Shown here in pieces: positions 27,731 through 32,000 of a DNA stretch of 32,000 nucleotides. The stretch's first letter is position 1. Each line of letters begins with the position of its first letter. Both the position numbers and the translations under genes were made by a program. The notes below the pieces were generated by a model that saw nothing but the letters and a program-made list of their open reading frames with translations, was not told where the DNA came from and ran no database searches. Source of the stretch: Candidatus Electronema halotolerans (GTDB lineage Bacteria > Desulfobacterota > Desulfobulbia > Desulfobulbales > Desulfobulbaceae); NCBI GenBank assembly GCA_942493095.1, contig OW818675.1, forward strand, positions 2,430,001 through 2,462,000, written 5' to 3'.

Positions 27731-28543
27731 TCAGAAATCGTTCAAGCCCAGCACGTCAAACATGCTGTACAGCCCCTTGGGCTTGTCAGCCACCCACGCT
27801 GCGGCCAAGGCCGCGCCGTTGGCAAAGTTGTCCCGATTGCTGGCCCGATGGGTGATTTCGATCCGTTCACCAGCTCCGGCAAAATAGACCGTGTGCTCGC
27901 CGACAATGTCCCCGGCCCGGATGGTCTGGATGCCGATCTCCTTGTCCGTGCGCTCGCCGATCATGCCGTGCCGCTCATACACGCCGACCTCAGCCAGATT
28001 GCGGCCCAAGCCTGCTGCCGCCATTTCGCCCAGCTTGAGGGCCGTGCCGGACGGCGCATCCTTTTTCATCCGATGATGGGCCTCAACAATCTCCACGTCA
28101 TAAGCATCGCCGAGCACAGCGGCGGTCCGTTCGGCCAGCTTGAAGAGCACGTTCACGCCCACAGCCATGTTCGGCGCCTGCACACAGGGAAAATGCGCGG
28201 CAGCGGTCTCACGCAGCACGACCAAGTTTTCAGCGGTCAGACCGGTGGTGCCGATCACTATGGCCCGGCCATATTGAGCTGCGACTTTGATGAACTCCAT
28301 AGTCGCCTTGTGAAAGGTGAAGTCAATGATCACCTCGCCCTGCTCAATCACTGCCTCCAAACTGTCAGCAATGGTCACGCCAATTGGGCCAAAGCCCACT
28401 GTTTCGCCAATATCCTTGCCCACAAAGGGGCTGTCCGCCTGTTCAAAGGCACCGCTCAGGGTCAGGCCGGAATGCTGCTGCACCATAGCGCAGATGCGGC
28501 GGCCCATGCGTCCGCCAGCCCCGGCCACAATCACTTTCGTCAT
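27731..28543 (-). CDS. dapB: 4-hydroxy-tetrahydrodipicolinate reductase
   Basis: 270 aa; 'VIVAGAGGRMGRRI', 'IDFTFHKATMEF', 'IGTTGLTAE', 'VEIVEAHHRMKKDAPSGTA'. Confidence 0.96.
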   Translation of the reverse strand: MTKVIVAGAGGRMGRRICAMVQQHSGLTLSGAFEQADSPFVGKDIGETVGFGPIGVTIADSLEAVIEQGEVIIDFTFHKATMEFIKVAAQYGRAIVIGTTGLTAENLVVLRETAAAHFPCVQAPNMAVGVNVLFKLAERTAAVLGDAYDVEIVEAHHRMKKDAPSGTALKLGEMAAAGLGRNLAEVGVYERHGMIGERTDKEIGIQTIRAGDIVGEHTVYFAGAGERIEITHRASNRDNFANGAALAAAWVADKPKGLYSMFDVLGLNDF

Positions 28544-28688
28544 AATAGCTTTCCTGGATGGTGAATGAAGAATTTTTCCTTGAAAGAGGTTCTACTGTAG
28601 CAGATGAGCGGTCATCTGTCATGAAAAGATTGCCTGCCAGTCAAGCTCGCTCGATCAAAAAGCAAATCGAAAATCGCAGTTGCAACGC

Positions 28689-29135
28689 TCAGAGCACCAC
28701 CAGCGTGATGCCCGGATTGCGCCGGTTCAGGTCGCTGTGGCGGCGAAGGGCCGGGAAGCGGCGGAGCAGACTCCTGCCTGCATTGCTGCGGGTGCTGAAG
28801 TCCTCGCCGCAGACGATCTCTTTGATATGGCCTTGGTAGTGGAGATAGTGGAGGCGGGCGCGGCCTTCCTCCCGGATCACGCCGCCCGCGCCCGTGGAGC
28901 CGTAGCCGTGAATCAGGGTCAGTATCCGTCGCCGCTCCAGCCGGGCTTGGATCAGCTCGCGCTCCAACCGGGCCAATGCCTCTTCGACCGAGGGCATGCC
29001 CCGCTTGAGATTGATGATCTTGTGCGGCTCGCCCTGACCGGGCAGGAACTCCTCCAGTCCGGCGCCGCAGAACGGGCAGCGTCCGCTGCCGGGTTCCACC
29101 TCATTGCCGCAGACCGCGCAGCTTATGTCTCTCAT
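28689..29135 (-). CDS. Zinc-ribbon plus Smr-domain protein
   Basis: 148 aa; N-terminal 'CAVCGNEVEPGSGRCPFCG' (two CxxC) followed by Smr-type 'ILTLIHGYGSTGAGGVIREEGRARLHYL'. Confidence 0.75.
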   Translation of the reverse strand: MRDISCAVCGNEVEPGSGRCPFCGAGLEEFLPGQGEPHKIINLKRGMPSVEEALARLERELIQARLERRRILTLIHGYGSTGAGGVIREEGRARLHYLHYQGHIKEIVCGEDFSTRSNAGRSLLRRFPALRRHSDLNRRNPGITLVVL

Positions 29136-31327
29136 GCTCTGCCGCCCCGGCGCACTTCAATCATGCCGGGCAGCTGGCGGAGATGGGTCTGGAGGAGCTG
29201 AAGATGCTCAAGGCCGCTGATCTCGACTAGGACCCGGAACTCGGCAGTGTTGTCAGTTTTGCTGCGCGAGTGCATCTCAATAATATTGGCATCGTCGCTC
29301 GATATGGCCGAGCTGATGTCGGCGAGCAGATTGCGGCGGTCAGCGGCCCGGAGAAGCAGCTCGGCCTGATGCGCCTCCTGAACCGCCTCTGACCACTGCA
29401 CCTCCAGCAGCCGCTCCGGCTCGGCAGTGAGCAGGCTGGGGCACTTGGCCTTATGCACGGCCACGCCGCTGCCCATTGTGATATAGCCAATGATCTCATC
29501 GCCCGGCACCGGTCGGCAGCACTGGCTGATGCGGATCAGCAGATCATCAAGGCCCTCGACATGGACTGCGCCCCGGCCTGAAGGAACCGGCTTGCTGGAG
29601 CTGCTGCCGGTGCGTTCAAGCAGCTCCTCCTGCCGCCGCTCCGCTTCCTCCTGCTTGAGCAACTCCTCTGGCAGCAAAGCGCGTTCAAGCTGCTGCAAGG
29701 TCACTTCCCCGGACCCGACCTTGACCAGCATGTCATCAAGGGTGGTCGCCCGCAGCTTCTGGAGCAGGAGGCGAAGATGGCCGCTCTTGACCAACTTCTT
29801 GAGACTGGCGCCGCGCTGCTTCAGCTCGCGCTCGCAGATTTCTCGGCCCTGCACCAGCGCCTTTTCCTTTTCCGCCTTGCGCAGCCACTGCCGAATCTTG
29901 GCCTTGGCCCGGCTGGTCTTGACCATCTGGAGCCAAGCCTGCTTGGGACAGGGTTCCTTGGCTGTGATGATCTCGACAATGTCGCCGTTCTGCAGCTCAT
30001 ACTTGAGCGGCACAATGCGGCCATTGACCCGCGCCCCGTTGCAGCGGTCGCCAATCGAAGTGTGGATGGCGTAGGCAAAGTCTATGGGCGTGGAGCCACG
30101 CGGCATGTCGCGCACCTCGCCTGCCGGGGTCAGGGCATAGACATCCGGGTCATACAGCTCGCCCCGGACAGAGTCCAGGAACTCGACCGAGTCCTCCACT
30201 TCCTGCAAGCCTTGGACCAGCTTTTTCAATTCCTGAAACAGATGCGCGTCGCTCTTGCTGATCTTCTGGCCCGCCTTGTAGGCCCAGTGGGCAGCCACAC
30301 CTTCCTGGGCCACCTCATCCATCTCCTGCGTGCGGATCTGAATTTCCATGAAATGGCCGCCCGGCCCAGCCACCGTGGTGTGCAGGGACTGGTAGTTGTT
30401 CTGCTTGGGCGCGGAGATGAAGTCCTTGATCCGGCCCTGCACCGGAGTCCAGCTGCCGTGGATGGTGCCCAAGGATTGGTAGCATTCCCGAACTGTTCTG
30501 ACAATGATGCGGAAAGCCACCTTGTCATAGACCTGCTCAATCGGGATGTTCTGGACCACCAGCTTCTTGTAGATCGAATAGAGATGCTTGGGCCGGCCCA
30601 AGACCCGCAGCGGAGTGATGCCGTTCGCCTTGAGATTGGCGCGGAGGATTGCTATCACTTCCTCGACATACTGTTCCCGCTCGCCGATGGTGCTTTCTAT
30701 GTGCTTGGTCAGGGACTCGTATTCTGCTGGGAAGAGATGCTGAAAGGAGAGGTCTTCGAGCTGCCGCTTGAGCCAGTCAATGCCGAGGCGGCTGGCAAGC
30801 GGCGCGTACAGATCCATAGTCTCGCGGGCTATCTGCCGCTGCCGCGTCGTGTCTGAGCAGTGCAGATGGAGCATGTCATGGAGGCGGTCGGCCAGCCGGA
30901 CCAGCAGGACGCGGATGTCCGCGCTCATGGCCAGAAAGAGGCGGCGGATGTTCTCAGCCTGATGGGTCAGGCTGGAGTCATAGCGGACATGGATGATTTT
31001 GGTCGCGCCGCTGACAACGCCCGCCACATCAGGGCCGAAGCGTTGCTCCAGCTCCTCGGCGGTGGCGGCGTTCTCCTTGATCATACCATGCAGCAGGCCG
31101 GCGATGATCGAGACCAGATCAAGGCGCATTGAAGCCAAGGTGGTGGCCACGTCGAGCAGATGCCGGGTGTACGGCTCGCCGGAAGGATGAAGTCGCCCCT
31201 TGTGCCGCTCGCAGGCGAACTGATACGCTTCCTGGAGCGGACTGAGATCAACCTCGTGGAGATAGCTGCGGGCCACTGAAAGCAGCCCTTGGAAATCAGG
31301 CATGGTATTCTGCAAAGGCGGGCGCAC
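29132..31327 (-). CDS. Long RelA/SpoT-homologue (p)ppGpp synthetase; hydrolase motif degenerate
   Basis: 731 aa; synthetase motifs 'RPKHLYSIYKKL', 'RIKDFISAPKQNNYQSLHTTV', 'FMEIQIRTQEMDEVAQEGVAAHW'; TGS-type region 'VYALTPAGEVRDMPRGSTPIDFAYAIHTSIGDRCNGARVNG'; C-terminal ACT-like domain. Confidence 0.93.
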   Translation of the reverse strand: MRPPLQNTMPDFQGLLSVARSYLHEVDLSPLQEAYQFACERHKGRLHPSGEPYTRHLLDVATTLASMRLDLVSIIAGLLHGMIKENAATAEELEQRFGPDVAGVVSGATKIIHVRYDSSLTHQAENIRRLFLAMSADIRVLLVRLADRLHDMLHLHCSDTTRQRQIARETMDLYAPLASRLGIDWLKRQLEDLSFQHLFPAEYESLTKHIESTIGEREQYVEEVIAILRANLKANGITPLRVLGRPKHLYSIYKKLVVQNIPIEQVYDKVAFRIIVRTVRECYQSLGTIHGSWTPVQGRIKDFISAPKQNNYQSLHTTVAGPGGHFMEIQIRTQEMDEVAQEGVAAHWAYKAGQKISKSDAHLFQELKKLVQGLQEVEDSVEFLDSVRGELYDPDVYALTPAGEVRDMPRGSTPIDFAYAIHTSIGDRCNGARVNGRIVPLKYELQNGDIVEIITAKEPCPKQAWLQMVKTSRAKAKIRQWLRKAEKEKALVQGREICERELKQRGASLKKLVKSGHLRLLLQKLRATTLDDMLVKVGSGEVTLQQLERALLPEELLKQEEAERRQEELLERTGSSSSKPVPSGRGAVHVEGLDDLLIRISQCCRPVPGDEIIGYITMGSGVAVHKAKCPSLLTAEPERLLEVQWSEAVQEAHQAELLLRAADRRNLLADISSAISSDDANIIEMHSRSKTDNTAEFRVLVEISGLEHLQLLQTHLRQLPGMIEVRRGGRA

Positions 31328-31828
31328 CCTGCCGCTGCTGGCAGCTTGCCGCCGCAGCGTTCAGGATGGTCAGGAACTGATATCCTTGATCAAGAGTAAA
31401 GTTCGCCCTGTCGGTCATCGTGCAGGGAAAACAGAGGATTCTAAAAGACTGCCGACTTATCGCCGCTGGAGGGCAGGCCGGGCGGAAAGCACCGCGCTGT
31501 CAGAGTAGGCCGGGACGCTGCTTTTGTCAAGCATATCCTGCGGCAGGCCGTTTTTACATCTGGAATGATCGGTACGATCTTCAGCGCATGGTCTGCACAG
31601 CTTGAAAGCGGCGGGAGGAAGCGGGAGCGTTTTTACTGCGGGGGCGGCAAAGAGCCAATAGATTGCTGCACTTTCTCTGTTAACATGGGTTCTTTGCCCA
31701 GGCGGAAGCCAGCCGCCGCCTCAAACCCAGCAAAGCTCGGCTGCCGCAGCAGTTTCAGCAGGAATGAGCCTGCTGCTGCCGTGTTCACCGCGCTCTTACC
31801 GCGTTGTTAAACTCGAATTGAACAGATT

Positions 31829-32000
31829 TCAATAGACTTCTGGGACGTAATTCAGCTCGGAAACCGTGGTGGGTTGAACGATATCTTTCGCGTGCAATTT
31901 TGGCAACTTGATCGGCGGCTGCATTTCAAAGTGATAGGGAATTTTACCCAAGAGATGCGTGATGCAATTCAGCCTCGATTTCTTTTTGTGGTTGGCATCC
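31829..32000 (-). CDS. Partial C-terminus of a probable PPK2-family polyphosphate kinase, running off the window edge
   Basis: Manually translated minus-strand frame with TGA at 31829-31831: 'DANHKKKSRLNCITHLLGKIPYHFEMQPPIKLPKLHAKDIVQPTTVSELNYVPEVY*', resembling PPK2 C-termini. Not in the supplied ORF track. Confidence 0.55.
   Translation of the reverse strand, partial: DANHKKKSRLNCITHLLGKIPYHFEMQPPIKLPKLHAKDIVQPTTVSELNYVPEVY

Noticed and set aside
27086-28564. 492-aa plus-strand ORF opposite lgt/dapB
   Set aside because: Antisense shadow spanning two confident minus-strand genes; no domain signature.
29777-30856. 359-aa plus-strand ORF opposite relA/spoT
   Set aside because: Shadow ORF; the opposite strand encodes the conserved synthetase and TGS motifs.
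31328-31828. Possible tRNA/ncRNA or small gene in the region upstream of relA/spoT
   Set aside because: No convincing tRNA cloverleaf or RNA motif seen, and small ORFs lack recognisable domains.

Overview
This 32 kb window is mostly ordinary, dense, minus-strand bacterial chromosome. Protein character and gene content suggest a Desulfobulbales/Desulfobacterota-like host (inference only). From left to right it holds: a molybdopterin-binding protein; an IS4-family insertion sequence with resolvable ends and target duplication and a frameshifted transposase; asnB; a 5'-truncated methyltransferase remnant; pilT; a B12-type radical SAM protein; a partial dcw cluster (ftsZ-ftsA-ftsQ-murB-murC-murG, read right to left); a CheY-like receiver next to a PEP-synthase-like protein with an atypical C-terminus; an M16C (presequence-protease-like) peptidase; a short accessory island (about 21.7-24.3 kb); edd, pyrF, lgt, dapB; a zinc-ribbon/Smr protein; a RelA/SpoT homologue with a degenerate hydrolase motif; and the C-terminal end of a probable PPK2. 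I found no CRISPR array, rRNA, tRNA, prophage or convincing defence system. The most interesting items are: (1) an AT-rich secreted coiled-coil protein with 57-bp tandem CxxC repeats; (2) an imperfect repeat/stem-loop array in the divergent intergenic region beside an HU/DUF4469-like gene; (3) the PEP-synthase-like plus receiver pair; and (4) the long RelA/SpoT protein with HDxxED changed to HGMIKE. None of these is demonstrated to be a new system.
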